A stretch of DNA of 64,000 nucleotides, from assembly GCF_009914755.1 (NCBI RefSeq), contig NC_060927.1; one strand, 5' to 3'. Numbering within the stretch: position 1 is the first letter of the stretch; each line of letters begins with the position of its first letter. Below the pieces are notes generated by a model. That model was not told the origin of the DNA, did not search any database, and was given only the letters and a program-made list of their open reading frames with translations. Source of the DNA: the human T2T-CHM13v2.0 reference genome, Homo sapiens. Positions 42,966-57,510 of the stretch are shown piece after piece. The position numbers were made by a program, and so were the translations under genes.

Positions 42966-44102
42966 GCTATCTACAATAGATCTAAGGGCGCCAGAATTTG
43001 AATTGTAGATATAGGCAGAGCAGTTTCCATCTCTTGCCACTTTGAACCCCTTGGTGTTGGTGCTATGTTGGGAAAGACTTTGAGGTTACACTCAGACTTA
43101 TTACAAGAGAACTCCTTGGCCTTCTGTGGTGGAGCAAGTCAGTCTCTGGGCCATGAATTACCTACCATCTATGAAAAAACAAAGGCTTAGTTGCCTTTTG
43201 ATTTATCCTTTAATATCTAAAACAATCATTTTATTCCCTTATTAAAAACACTTGGGATACCTTCCCCCCACCCACCCACCCTGGAGAAATTCCCATGGGG
43301 ATTGTTTCAGGTTTACTTGCCTTCCATAGTTATAGATTTTGGAGTCACAGACAGCATATATAGCCAAATAGTGATCGTCCATACCAGGAAATAGGAGAGG
43401 CAACTTATAAGATACTGAAGATATGCTAGAACTCACCTGTGTGCCAGTTTAGTAGCCTGGCCTGCCTTCTCAACGATTGAGATTCCTTGGAGCTTTTGTC
43501 ATTCTCCTGACTTAAGTTGACATACTTTTGGCATCAGCTTCACAATTCTACTTTGTGCCATCAGGCAGCACCGAACCATTGTCTCAGAGTCATTTTGACA
43601 ATCGGAAGTCACATTCAAGTGACAAGGAAATTATTGCTAAAATAAAAAAAGTTGAGAGAAGCGATTATTGTGTATTCTCATTATCTGGCTTTCAAACTTA
43701 AATATTTTGGCCATTAGAAAGCATTTGTTTTTTAAAATAAAATGAAAAACATAGACTGCATTCATTCAAAGGGGGTTTCTTAGAAACCAGATTTTTTTTT
43801 TTTAACTTTTTAATGAGACACTTAGCAAACATGGGTAGAAACTGTCAGCTTTTCAGGAATAATCTGTCAGAGATTGGGAAAAGTTAGTTTTAAGGAGAAA
43901 AATGCTATAGCAAATCAAGGTTCGGTTACATTTCCAGAACTACCTGGCCTTAGTCTATTCTAATATCCATTGACATCAAAACATCCATTAAACCTTAAGC
44001 TCCTACAGGTAAAACTGACATGACACTATTAAATATTTGAATTTCTGCTCAATAAGTAAGCTTCTCATGATTTGGCTTCCCTACTGGTTGTGCCAGAAAC
44101 TG

Positions 44103-44272
44103 ACATTCTTATCCCAAGTACTGGGGTCTGTGGGTGGGATGTGGGGACCCATGAACCCCTTTAAATTATATTGAAGTGATTGAGAGCTTGTACATTTTTC
44201 TGGAGAGAAGACTTACAGCTATCTTCTTGATCTCAAAACTTTCCACGAACCCCAAAGATTAAGAACCCACTG
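44103..44272. mobile_element. Charlie4z-like hAT MITE
   Basis: ggggacccatgaacccct..aaattat...ttttctggagaga...gattaagaacccactg. Confidence 0.65.
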
Positions 44273-45374
44273 GCCCCTTACAATGTAGACCTCATGTGAA
44301 TTACGTCTCCTAGTAAACTAAAAATTTGATTTTCTGGCTTTGTCAGTCTTGCAGACATGGTCAGATTGTGCAATGCATAGCCTGCATATCCACATGTAGG
44401 TGTGTAACTTGCTAAACATGGGTGCGTCCTGGGTGAGTGGGGGAGAAAGGAAGAGAGACAGAAAGAGATCTGTGGGTTCGCCGCTAGACCTTGATGAATT
44501 ATCTAAGATTCTTGATGACACTCCTAAAGATTCTTCTTATCACTACTGACTAAAAATACACCTTTTCCTATTTGAATCTCCTTCATAAGCCCTTCATTAA
44601 AAAATGGTTCACTTAATTAATAGTCTAAGGCACATTTAGTAAATTAGACTTGCTTTTAAATTTCCTTATGTGAGTTCTAACTGATTTTATGCTTGAGCCT
44701 GAAGAAGGACAATTTTTTTTAAGCCAGCTTTCTCTGTAAGAGCCTTGGCAAGAAATAGAAAACTTTCATTTTTCTCAGGGAAAAATAAACAGGGGCTAGA
44801 AAGGTATGGAGGATGAAGTGAGAGGTTTACAGGTTCAGCTCTGAGTGCGGTACAGTTGGCCGGAACCTCAGTGACATGTTGTTTATGAATGCGCACAGAT
44901 CCTGGAAAGCATCTGCCAAAGAGGCCAAACAGCTGTAGTCAATCCCTTATTAGAACACTGTTTGTCTGAATTTGGTAAATATCACCACACTGCACAGGTC
45001 ATTGAGATATATTGGATACATTTTATGCTAAGTATCTCAAGGGAAATACTTGGAGATAACCAGTACAGGGGGGACCCTGGAAGCTTTTTCTACAAAGTTG
45101 TAGGAAAACAGGACAGAGTTTTCCCAGGTTGCTATTCTGTGCTAGCATCAGATGAGAATCACCCCCTGGTTTTCGGAGATGAGTGTGCCCCCCTTCTGCA
45201 TTGGCAAATCCTTGATTGGGGCTTCTCAGAGGTCAGTTCCTGCCCAAAGGAGGTCAGACAGGGAGCTCTCTGTTCCACCCAAGCCAGCATTCCAGAGGTC
45301 CACGGAGCCTCATCCATCTTGGACAAGTGGGTTGCAAGGAGTAGCTGCAGGATACTGTGCCTGCCTTATGGCAG

Positions 45375-46030
45375 TCACTACAGCAAGGTGCTTATGCAAA
45401 CTAGACTTGGAGGTGACTTAGGTCCAAATCCCAGCTCTGCCAATTTCTAGCTGAGTCCTTGCTTAAGTCATTTACTCCTCCTGAGTATAATGAGGATACT
45501 CATTTGCTCTGCTATCATTTGCTTTGCTTGTCCCCTCCAAATCTCATGTTGAAACCTGATCCCCAGTGCTGTAGGCAGGACCTAATGGGAGGTGTTTGGG
45601 CCATGGGGGCGGATCCCTCATGAATGGCTTGGTGATGTCCTTGCAGTAATGAGTGAGCTCTCACTTTATTAGTTCCTACTAGAGCTGCTTGTTAAAAAGA
45701 GCCTGCCCCCTCCCCTCTCTCTCTTGCCTCTCTTTCCATGTTGTCTGTGCACACACCAGCTCCTCTCCACCTTCTGCCATGAGTAGAAGCAGCCTGAGGC
45801 CCTTACCAGAGGTTGAGCAGGTACCAACACCATGAATCTTGTACAGCCTGCAGAACGGTGAGCCAAATAAACCCCTTTTCTTTATAAAGTACCCAGCCTC
45901 ACATACTCCATTATAGCAAAACAAATGGACTGAGACAATGTCTTTCTCACAGGGAAGTATGACTTCATGAGATGCAGAGGGTGGTGCTTGACACTCCGTA
46001 ATAACCCAGCGTTTGTATCTTTTATTATAA
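45375..46030 (+). mobile_element. MIR split by MSTB
   Basis: ggtccaaatcccagctctgcca.tttctagctg...aagtcattta; resumes tctcacaggg..gtatga. Confidence 0.6.
45510..45937 (+). mobile_element. MSTB solo LTR
   Basis: gtcccctccaaatctcatgttgaaa...ggatccctcatgaatggcttggtg...acaaatggactgagaca. Confidence 0.9.
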
Positions 46031-46137
46031 TTTTTCATTGTCATCATTATCATTTATGTCACCTCATCTTAGCATAACAGCCCACTTTCCCTCCCATTTT
46101 AACTACAGCAAATCCTTGGAATGGGGGCTTTTGCTGA

Positions 46138-46463
<326 letters not shown>

Positions 46464-46839
46464 TAGTTTTTAAATAATTAATTATAAGCATGCTCTAGCA
46501 AGCAAAGGAAGAAAATATTCAACCATGAACCCTCAAACACTCAGATCAACCCTATAAATCCAGCCATCCAGCCTCAAAGACAAGCTTTACTGGCCTTGTC
46601 TTCCCAAAACAAGAAGGAAGCTAGAAGTCTTCACTGAACTCCAATATTTGAGTCTTGGTTTTGCATCCATGCTGTGCTAGTTGGTGATTCATGTGCTGAA
46701 AAGATGCTCCAGAGTTTAGTTTATGATGATCTCTTCAAAATAAATGGTCAAAATAAGCCAATAGTTTGCTTTAAAATGTATTTTTAAAATATAAGTATCA
46801 GGTAGTGTTCAACTGACCTATCACCTGGAATCTTAGAAG

Positions 46840-47190
46840 CTAACATTGCGTAACTACTCACTGGATGTCAACCATTCTGCTGTGTTATTTATTTTAGTCC
46901 TCACGACAATCTAATAAATTGGGTCCTGTTATTATCCTCATTTTATGTCTGAGTAACTTGAAGCTTAAAGATGTTAAGGAGCTTGGCAGAAGTCAAACAG
47001 CTACGAAGTATGATAATATATGTAACACATTTAGAATAATATTGGATGTAGTCAACCCTCATTAATATTACCTGCTGCTTCTGCTGCTACTATTGGTGCT
47101 ATCATTTTCATCATCATTATTATTAAAGGACAAATCACCATTTGAACTCAGGCAATGAAATTTTAGAATCTGTGTTCTTAAACACTACAC
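46840..47190 (-). mobile_element. MIR fragments
   Basis: tattttagtcctcacgacaat...attatcctcattttat...ttgaactcaggca. Confidence 0.6.
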
Positions 47191-48059
47191 ATATACTGCC
47201 CCCCACACACATAAAAAAATTCCACTCCAAGGAATTACCACACTTTTTCACCCTGACCAAGAGAAAACACGGAACCAATCATGGTTAAGCCCCCAGACCC
47301 CCTGAGCAAGTTTTCAGAGAAAATAAACTAAAAGAAGCAATGCTGAGAGTGAGGCACAAGGGCAGAGCCAACCCTGCTCTGATGGGCAGATCTGCGGGTG
47401 GGGGGCCTGTAGCAGGAGGCCCCCTGCACTATGGCAGGGCTAAGCTTCCATGGGGCAGGAGGGGACAGCGACAGTTCATGTCTGAATCAGATTTGAGAGC
47501 TGCTTCCACCTCTCTGATTTCTGCACACAAACCAGCAATAACGACTCGGGTCCAGCAGCAATTAAGCCATGGTCAGAGAATGATCACTGGCATTGCCTTC
47601 ATCCACAGCCCCCAGCTGTGTGAGGAGTGGGATGGGCCCACGGAGGAGGGTAGATCTTTCTTTCCCTGCTTTGTCTACTTTACCCAAGTACGCAGGCCTC
47701 TTCCTACTGCAATAGCTGCTTTGAGTCCTTGTGGTCACGTTATAGAGGAGCGTAAAATAGCAGTTCTTCAGCTCCCTGTCCTGCTCCCAACTTGAAAAGG
47801 CCTTTCCTGAACACATGTCTAGTTGACTCTAGCTCGAAGGACTTTTCTGACCTACTGTGAAGAGGCAGAAAACATGCGGAAAGTAATTTTTATCACCAAT
47901 CTTATCACAAAGCACAGATCCAAGAATATTGCTGAACAGTAGCAAAGAGTTGGCCACAGTGGCTTGCTATATGTAGCCAAAATTCCAGTCAGCATCAGGA
48001 ATAATCAGAGAGAGAAATCCTCAATTCTGGCTGCAATACATAGTTCACAAAACTCACAT

Positions 48060-49180
48060 TTAGTGTGCTTTATCAGGTAGAGTTCTTTTCTTGCAAAAAT
48101 ACAGAAATGAACTCTAGCTAACATAAGCAGAGAAAGAGTTTATTGGGAGGAGAACATGTTGGAATGCTCTCAGATGCAAGGGAAGGAGTATTTCACTATA
48201 AGTGACTTAAACAAATGAGGGTTTAATTTTCTTCAACAGCAAGGATCCTGAAAGGAGATTGTCACTGGGTTTGCTTTAATGGCTGAACAGTGTAAGAACT
48301 GAGTGCCTGTGATTCTATTGGCTTTTGTCTCATGGCCACAAAATGGCTGCCAGAGCACCAAGCTACATCAACCTGCAAGTCAGGAGGAAGGGGAAGGAAT
48401 AGCTGTTTCTGTCTCTTTTATCAGGCAAGCAAATTTCTCCTTTAGTCTCTCTGATCAGAATGGTATCATCTGGACACCTGATCCTTAGTGCAAGAGAGGC
48501 TGGGAAAGTGAATATTTTTTAGTCTCTATAGGGAAGAACATAAAAAAGAGGGGATTGGAGATGGGCATTGGGTTCATTCAGAGTTTCTCAATCTTAGCAC
48601 TAGGGATATTTTGGGCCAGGTAATTCTTTAATGGAGGGTGGGGGGAGGCTGTTCAGTATAATGTAGGATATTTAGTAGCATTCCTGGCCTCCACGAAATA
48701 GATGCCAGTAGCATCCCTCCCCTGGTGGTAACAACCAAAAATGTCTCCAGATATTGCCAAATGTCTCCTGGGTGGGGAGGGGGAAATTGCCTCAGGTCAG
48801 AACCACTGTGTTACCCCACTCACAGCATCTGCCATAGATTATAGGGTAACTCCAAGAATCAAAGACAGAAAAAGATCCAGGCTTCAGAAATAGACAGATC
48901 AGTTCCTGGGTTCCAGGTAGCAGGACCTAAGAGACAGTCTCTACCAAAGCAGTTACCTTGGGATAAATTAGTTCCAAACCTTTTCAGTCTGTTAGGGCTT
49001 AGGACAAGCATTCCAAGAATTTATTGGCCTTGGGTTACAAGCCATCTTTGGCGAAGGAAGGGCAGGTACACTGATTGTCCTACCAAGACTGGATCCATTG
49101 TAGAAGGGATAGCTCCCTATAGCTATTATTTAAGAGTGATAGGATAGGGAGAGCAGGGGGAATGGATGCTTGTCAGAGTA
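48060..49180 (-). mobile_element. Nested old MLT1 LTR fragments with MER20 inside
   Basis: ttgcaaaaatacagaaa..aactctagctaac.taagcagag; tctcatggccacaaaatggctgcc; gcaagagaggctgggaaagtga. Confidence 0.55.
48579..48808. mobile_element. MER20 hAT MITE
   Basis: cagagtttctcaa..ttagcact...tagatgccagtagca...acaaccaaaaatgtctccaga.attgccaaatgt...agaaccactg. Confidence 0.9.
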
Positions 49181-49187
49181 GAATATA

Positions 49188-49266
49188 TTAGATCAGTTCA
49201 AAAGTAATTGCCATTTTGCCATTACTTTTAATGGCAAAAACCACAATTACTTTTGCACCAACCTAA
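49188..49266. mobile_element. MADE1 (Hsmar1-derived MITE; miR-548-type palindrome)
   Basis: TA|ttagatcagttcaaaagtaattgcc...aaaaaccacaattacttttgcaccaacctaa|TA. Confidence 0.93.
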
Positions 49267-49499
49267 TATCATGCAATGACTTTGGACAACTGATCCTATT
49301 TCTGACAAATGGCTGAGTCCCTTGTGTTAGTTTGAGAAAAGACTATTCTGAAAAGGGCTTTTGAGGAAGAATCCAGAATGTCTATGCAACCCCAGGAAAA
49401 TCAGTTGCCCTTTGAACCTCTAGATGTTTATGTGTAAAATTAGAGTTTCAGGCAATGAATCTCCAAGATCTCTTTATGCTCTCACATGCTGCATCTCAG

Positions 49500-49867
49500 T
49501 GATATGGTTTCACTTCCTGTACCCACCCAAATCCCATCTGGAATTGTAATCCCCACGTGTCAAGGGAGATACCTGGTGGGAAGTGATTGGATCATGGGGG
49601 CGGTTCCCCCCATGCTGTTCTCCTGATAGTGGGTAAGTTCTCACAAGATCTGATGGTTTTATAAGGGGCTCTTCCCTCTTCACTCTCACTTCTCTCTCCT
49701 GCCACCTTGTGAAGAGGTCCCTGCTTCCCCTTTGCCTTTCACCATGATTATAAGTTTCCTGAGGCCTCCCCAGCCATGTGGAACTGTGAGCCAATTAAAC
49801 CTCTTTTCTTTATAAATTACCCAGTCTCAGTTATTTCCTTATAGCACTGTGAAAATGGACCAATACA
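49500..49867 (+). mobile_element. THE1D solo LTR
   Basis: tgatatggttt...gtgattggatcatggggg...ggaccaataca; perfect TSD ctcag. Confidence 0.93.
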
Positions 49868-51349
49868 CTCAGCTTCGAGAAAGTGGTTCCAGCTTCTTCC
49901 TTCCTCCTCTCTACATGCCACAGTTTGTTCTATCTCCCAAAACCATACCTCCATTCCCTAGATTTGGGCTGTCTAGATAGTGAGAAGGAGAAGGAATGCA
50001 ACATGACTGTCCAGGAGCTGGCTGTGGCATGCATACATGTAGCTTGAGATTTAGCCTTAACCCAAGTAAAGGCCGTTGTCAGTTTCATTTTGGGTTTGGT
50101 CTCATCTGGGATTACCAAATGCAGTAAACCCACCTCAAGTTCTCTTGAAACAAATCACAGCTCAGCCCTGTGGCCTCCCAGCATCTTGCAGTAATCTTAC
50201 TACAGAAAGTGACCTTCCTCTGTATGGTTGGCACCTACCAGCAGGTTCTCCAGTGACAGTGACAGATTCTATCATGGAAAAGACCACAGTGGTCCTATGC
50301 TGTGGTTTCGATGCTACCTCGTTAATTTATTTAGTGCAGTGGTAAAGGGGAGAGGAATTGGAGCAAGGGGTGGAGGGAGATGGGGATTAAAAATGTAAAT
50401 ATGTGATTACTTTTAATGACCTTATTACTCGACATCAAATCTGTTTGTATTGACAAATAAGTATGCAAATGTCTATATCAACACTCACTTCATTAAAATA
50501 GTAAATGGTTGAAGTTAATATTAGTGCAGCATTGAAATCTTGAGTAGTTTTGATTACATAGCAATAAGCTACTGATGAGTATCATTATGTACCAATCATA
50601 CAAAAATGAGACACCAAAGGCCATATTTCCAAAATTGAGTTGAGCAAGTACATCCACAAAAAACAGAGACACACACTAAGTGCCAGACTTTCCCTGTCTT
50701 CATATCATAGTTTCAAGGCACAAAATGCAAAATCACATCTGCAGAAATGCATCCAGACATAGAATTACACAATTATTGCCCCATAGAAAGAAGGCACAGG
50801 TGTTTCAGACTTTAGAGACACTTCTACCCCTCATAGACCACCCCACCTGTATTCTCTCGATTTGTTTTCCAAAAGATGATTTTTATCCTAGAGACAAGGT
50901 ATCTTAAAAAAGACCACAGTCTTTACAAGGAAGCAGGTGTGAGTGTGTGTGTTTGTCTGTTGCGTGGCAAACAGCTGGGTCTAATATTCCTGGAGGAATC
51001 CAGCATGTGGACTGAATTCTCTAGTTCTACTACTTCTCAGATTATTTGCTGAACACACTTTACCATGCAAATAGTAACGAGGATTCAGCCAATGAGAAAG
51101 GAGAATTGAAAGATGCAAAATGTCTCAGATGGACACAGAGCTAATAGTTTGAGAACATTTCAGCAGCTACAACTGAGGTTTTCTTAGGCTTGAGAAAGTT
51201 GGCTCTTTAGCCTTCATTGCCACATGTTTTAAATTGTCAGGCAAGGCTGGGAGGAGAAGTCCTTTGTATTAATAAAGTGCTGAGTTTTTCACACAGAAAT
51301 GAATTGTAAATAGGTTTTTATTTCCCAACAGTGAGGATCCAATCAAGCA

Positions 51350-51790
51350 GTGATCAGTCAGTGAGTAGGTGTTTATTGATCACGTAGTATGAGGAAGGTG
51401 TTCGCTAAGGTATCTGGAATGAGCTCTGCTTCCCAACGTGTACATTTGCATTGGCAGGCAAAAGACTGTACAGTGAAATGCTAAATTAGGTGTTGGAAGC
51501 TAAGTCCAACTAACCAGAAAAGAGAAGCCAAGAGGGCTGTTGTGATGGGAGGGCTGCCTGAACAAGAAGGTGAAATTGATCTTGGATTTGGGCTAAAAAT
51601 CAGCCGGTGATGGGCAGAGGGGTGATGGGGTATTTTTGACTGCAGAAAGAAGCCAGAAACATGAATGGAGAGATCCTCTCCTGGATCAGTAAAGCGTGCC
51701 AGGGGCACCATGGGAATGAGACAACACTGGGAGGGTGGTATCTCATTACAGAGGTCCCAACACATCAGCCAAGGCATTATGGAAATAATG
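51350..51790 (-). mobile_element. L2 fragment
   Basis: gtgtttattga.cacgtagtatg...gaaggtgaaattgatcttggattt. Confidence 0.5.
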
Positions 51791-51811
51791 CAGCCACTGG
51801 GAGCTATCTTA

Positions 51812-52335
51812 GAATTTTTAATTTTGAAACAATCTCAAACTTAGAAGAAAGGTGTAAGAACATTACAAAGGTTAAGTTGTGGCATGACCCTCTTTCACCT
51901 CCAATACTTCAGAGTGTGTTTCCTACAAACAAGAATGTTTGTTTTTCTACGTAACTACCATACAAATATGGAAATCAGGAAATCAACATTGTCAGAGTCA
52001 TGAGTTGCATATGTTGTCAATTTCTCTTTTGCCTTCCTTCTTGCCTGCAACTGTTTCCTGGACTTTTGTGATGTGAAGGCTTTTGAAGATACAGGCCAGT
52101 ACTTTTATAGAATGTCCCTCAATTTGGGTTCGTCTAATGACCTCTCATGATTAGAGTCAGGTAATTTGCCTTTGCCAACAATATCACAGGAGTGATGCTG
52201 TGTTCTTCTCAGAGCATTCTGTCTGTGGCTTGGAATTTTAATTATCCCATTCCTGGTGATATTAACTCTGATCAGTGGATTAAAGGGATGTCTTTCAGGT
52301 TTGTCCACTATAGAGTTACCTTCTTTACTTTTACT
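51812..52335 (-). mobile_element. L1MC4-like 3' end
   Basis: tttaattttgaaacaatctcaaactta...tagaatgtccctcaatttgggtt...atcacaggagtgatgctgtgttcttctcag. Confidence 0.8.
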
Positions 52336-52983
52336 GGCAAACTTTGAGCAGAGAAGTAAAAAATTCAACTTGACAATTAGGGAAAATTATGGATTCTCTT
52401 ACCTCAGCCAAACAGATTTGAGGGGGATTTTTGAGTGGCCAACCCAAAGCAAGGCCCTTGGAGCATGTTAGCTTCTGGGGCAGAAGGAATACATTGTCCT
52501 GCTCTTTTGATCTTGAACCCTAGTCCATAAGCCTTACCCCTCATAACTTCTGAGTTTCCCAACAGCAAACCATATGGCCAAGATGTCAGAGGAAGTGCCA
52601 AGTATGAGAAATTAAAGAAGATTGAGTTGGTTTACCAGCTGTACCTTTGTCTTTCCTAGGCATGAGCTGTGATGCCATGAGCAAAGGATGGACTTCGGAG
52701 TCAGACAGAGTATCATATGGTGGGAAATCCCCATTTAATTAACTACCAGGAGTTTGTTTTTCTGGCAGGGAATTCAAGTTGAGGGCAAGATCTGAATTGC
52801 TTGGCAATTTTTAGAGGATGTTTGCAATAGGAGGCAAGAGTCCCAGGCAGGAGGAGAGAACCTTAAGTAAACACATAGAGTGGAAAAGCTGACGCATGCA
52901 ATGCATATCCTTCTGCCCTTGTTTCAGACTGAATTGAAATCTCTCCAAGGAGTGAGATATAATGGGGTAAAAGTCCTGGCCTC

Positions 52984-53329
<346 letters not shown>

Positions 53330-53334
53330 AAAAG

Positions 53335-53835
<501 letters not shown>

Positions 53836-53904
53836 TACAAGGCATTGTTTATTGTACGTCCCCAGGGACTGAACACAGTATTCTGCAAATCAGAAGCTGC
53901 AAGG

Positions 53905-54443
53905 GACATCCATACAATGGAACATTACTGAGCCTTAAGAAGAAATGAGCTATCAAGCCAAGAAAAAGCAGGAAGGAACTTTAAATGCACATTGCCAAGT
54001 AAATGAAGCCAGTTTGAAAAGACCACATACTCTATGATTTCAACTGTATGACGTTCTGAGAAAGGTAAAACAGCAGAGACAATAAACAGATAAGTGGTCG
54101 CCAGTGGTTGAGGGGAGGAAGGGAGAAATGAGTAAAGGGTGCACAGGGGATCTTTAGGGCAGTGAGACTATTCTGGAGGATACTATAATGGTGGATATAT
54201 GTCATCATGCATTTGCGGAAACCCACAGAATGTACCATACAAAGCATGAGACCTAATGTAAATTATGGAGTTGAGCTAATAATAATATATCAGTATTGGT
54301 TTATCAGTTGTTACAAATATACCATACTACGGCAAGATGGTAATAATAGTGGAAACTGGGAGGTAGGAGGAGGAGAGAGGGAGGGGTATGGAACTCTCTG
54401 CCCTTTCTGCTAAACCTCAAACTGCTCTAAAAACTAAAGTCTA
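53905..54443 (+). mobile_element. L1MC1/2-like 3' end
   Basis: atccatacaatggaa...agaaatgagctatcaagcca...aactgctctaaaaactaaagtcta. Confidence 0.85.
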
Positions 54444-55249
54444 CTACGTGCTGAATAAGTGAAGGAATACATGATTTTCGCAAGAGACAGCATTTTATCG
54501 TCCCTCAATGACACCTGATTTCAAAGGCCCTATAGAATTCTTGCTCTGTCTTATATGGGATCATCCACATCTCAGCCTCTTCCCTAGCCCTGCTGACCTT
54601 TACTGGGGACCAGCATGAACCCCAGCTCTACCTTTGAGAGAATCAGAAAAAGATGACTCCTCCAGGTGGTGCAGCCCTGTGGGAGCTTGGTTCTGCAGGC
54701 AGAGCTTGGTCAAGAATCCAGCCGGCTCTTGCCTCCTTGGTGAGGACCACCATCAGTGGCAGACACAAACCTTCCAGTGGCTCTGTCACCCCATTCTTTT
54801 GGGTAATACTTCACCGATAGAGCACCGTTACCCGTGCTGCCTCTGCTGGCCCTCTTGTCTGACCTGGGGCTTTCCCTACCAATGCCCTTGGCACACATTG
54901 AAGAGCCGTTCTTGGGCTCCTGGTTATGGGCCAGGGGAACCTAAATGTTCTGCTAGTGGCCAGGAATGAAATTTCCTCCAGCAATTTCAACCCAGCCAGA
55001 AGGTACTGAATCCGGAACTGCTTCCTCCCAATTGTATCTCCCCCTTGACGTCTCACTGTGCACAGAATCGCGGATGAGTCAGTGCTAGGGGATCATTCGG
55101 AGCTAGCCATGACCCTGGCGTTCCCACTGTCTTAAAGCAGAAACTCTGCCTTAGACGAGGGGACCCAGCAGGTCAAAATGCAGTGTCTGGAAAAAAATGT
55201 CAACCCCTGCAGCCCTGCTCACCAACACAGGTGGAGAGACCATGCACCA

Positions 55250-55530
55250 TGGGGAACAGAGCACAAATTTGGGAATAAAATCCCAGAGTTCAAGCCCTGT
55301 ACTTGCCTCTTCTGACCTATGCAATTTCTCAGAATTTAACTCCTTGAGCTTCCACATGTTCACCTAAACAAGGGAATGATTGTCTTGCTGGATCATTGTA
55401 TTAGACATGGTAACTGTAATAGCTAACAGTTACTAAAAGCTTACTGTGTGCCAAGCAGTGGGCCAGGCATGTGATATATATGATTTTATGTACTCCTGAC
55501 AACAATTCTGTGAGACAATATACATTGTAG
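55250..55530. mobile_element. Two MIR fragments in opposite orientation
   Basis: + : agttcaagccc...tgacctatgcaa; - : taatagctaaca.ttact..agcttactgtgtgcca. Confidence 0.55.
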
Positions 55531-55872
55531 AAAGCAAGTATACCACAAGTAACAATATTACCAATATGTTGCATCAGATGCAACCATTTTTTTACCTACA
55601 GAAACAGCCATTTCATATCTTTCATCTGGGTATTGAAAGAAAGGGGCTGAACGGTTTCCAGACTAGAGATTTAGGCAGGTTGGGAACAGATTAAAGTAAA
55701 ACCAACCCAAGCCAGTGACAGGCAGGTGAGGGTGAGGTACAGCCCCTCAGTGCAATAGCTAAAAAGGGAGAATAGCCTTATTTCAGATCTCCGATTTGAA
55801 AGGAAACTTGGAATTCTCGCACTAAATAGTAAACTGAGGCAGGAGCCTCGCAGCAAGAAAGAACTGATCCAG

Positions 55873-56409
<537 letters not shown>

Positions 56410-56417
56410 CTGTAGAC

Positions 56418-56690
56418 CAAAGGTTGTAAACTGGTGCCGTGAAAACCAAAGTCAACTTCCAGTGTCATTTTTTTTTTCTACACCTAGGTTTGAATTTTTT
56501 AAGTTATTTTTTCCATACTTAAAATCAGGAGGTTTCACACATAAAAAATTCAGATTTTCACCTTGGAAAATTGAGAGAATTTTGAAACCCCTATTCCTGC
56601 AGCACACCCATTGGCTGGAGTGAGTAGATGTTGCCCCCAGTTAGGTGGAGTCTGTTCTCTGTCTGGCTCTTGGTGGGGATACATGATTTG
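56418..56690. mobile_element. MER102-like hAT relic
   Basis: caaaggttgtaaactgg...ttaaaatcaggag.tttcacacataaaa.ttcagattt...tggctggag. Confidence 0.5.
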
Positions 56691-57166
56691 TACCTCTGAG
56701 TTTTGTGTTTCCAAGGTCAGCTGTCAAGGCATATTTTACATCTATATTTTAATTCACTGCTGTGTGCTTTAATAGAAGCTTTAGTTTATTAGCCAGAGTT
56801 TAGTACCAGAATCTAGGCCAGAGGAGAAAATGCCAATTGGGCCAGCATGTCCTATATTCATTGGTACTAATCTACAAACCCACACTGAGAACCTATTATA
56901 TGCCTGCTTTCTTCCACTAATATCCTGTTTCTACCACAGATAAACAAACCAATTAATGGTCCTGGGGAGTCAGGGAGGGATATCTAGAAACATTTACAAA
57001 GAGATGTGACAGCCTCTAAAGTGACCCGAGCGATCCCACCTGCAAGCCATGAGGTTGCTGATTTTCTCCGTGGTGGTGCTTGCAGAAGTAATGATAGGGG
57101 GTTGGCTGGGAATAAAATGTGATTCATGTTCAGGGCTATCTGGAGCATCCAGCCGATAGAGTCACC

Positions 57167-57510
57167 TGCTGTCAAAGCTTTCTGATATGTTTGTGTCTTT
57201 CCAAAAAAGTCATATGTTGAAATCCTAATCTCCAATGTGGTGGTATTGAGAGGTGGCCCCTTTGTGAGGTGATTAGCTCATGATTAGTGCCCTTATAAAA
57301 GGGCCGGAGGAACCTCTTCATCTCTTCCACCACATGAGGAAGCAGCAACGAGGTGCCTTCTTTCAAGAAGAGGGCGATCCCCATCAGACACTGAATCTGT
57401 TGGGTCTCAATCTTGGATTTCCTAGCCTCCAAAACTGTGAGTGATACATTTTTGCTGTGTACAAATTAGTCTAAGATATTTTGTTATAACAGCGCTAACA
57501 TACTAAGCCA
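57167..57510 (+). mobile_element. MLT1A-type solo LTR
   Basis: catatgttgaaatcctaatc.ccaatgtg...gattagtgcccttataaaagg...tattttgttataacagc. Confidence 0.85.

Noticed and set aside
44962-45450. 162-aa ORF
   Set aside because: Non-ATG start, ends in a MIR, no homology recognised.
47340-47795. 151-aa ATG ORF in unique DNA
   Set aside because: No domain or exon evidence; length compatible with chance in 64 kb. Ribo-seq/PhyloCSF would be needed.
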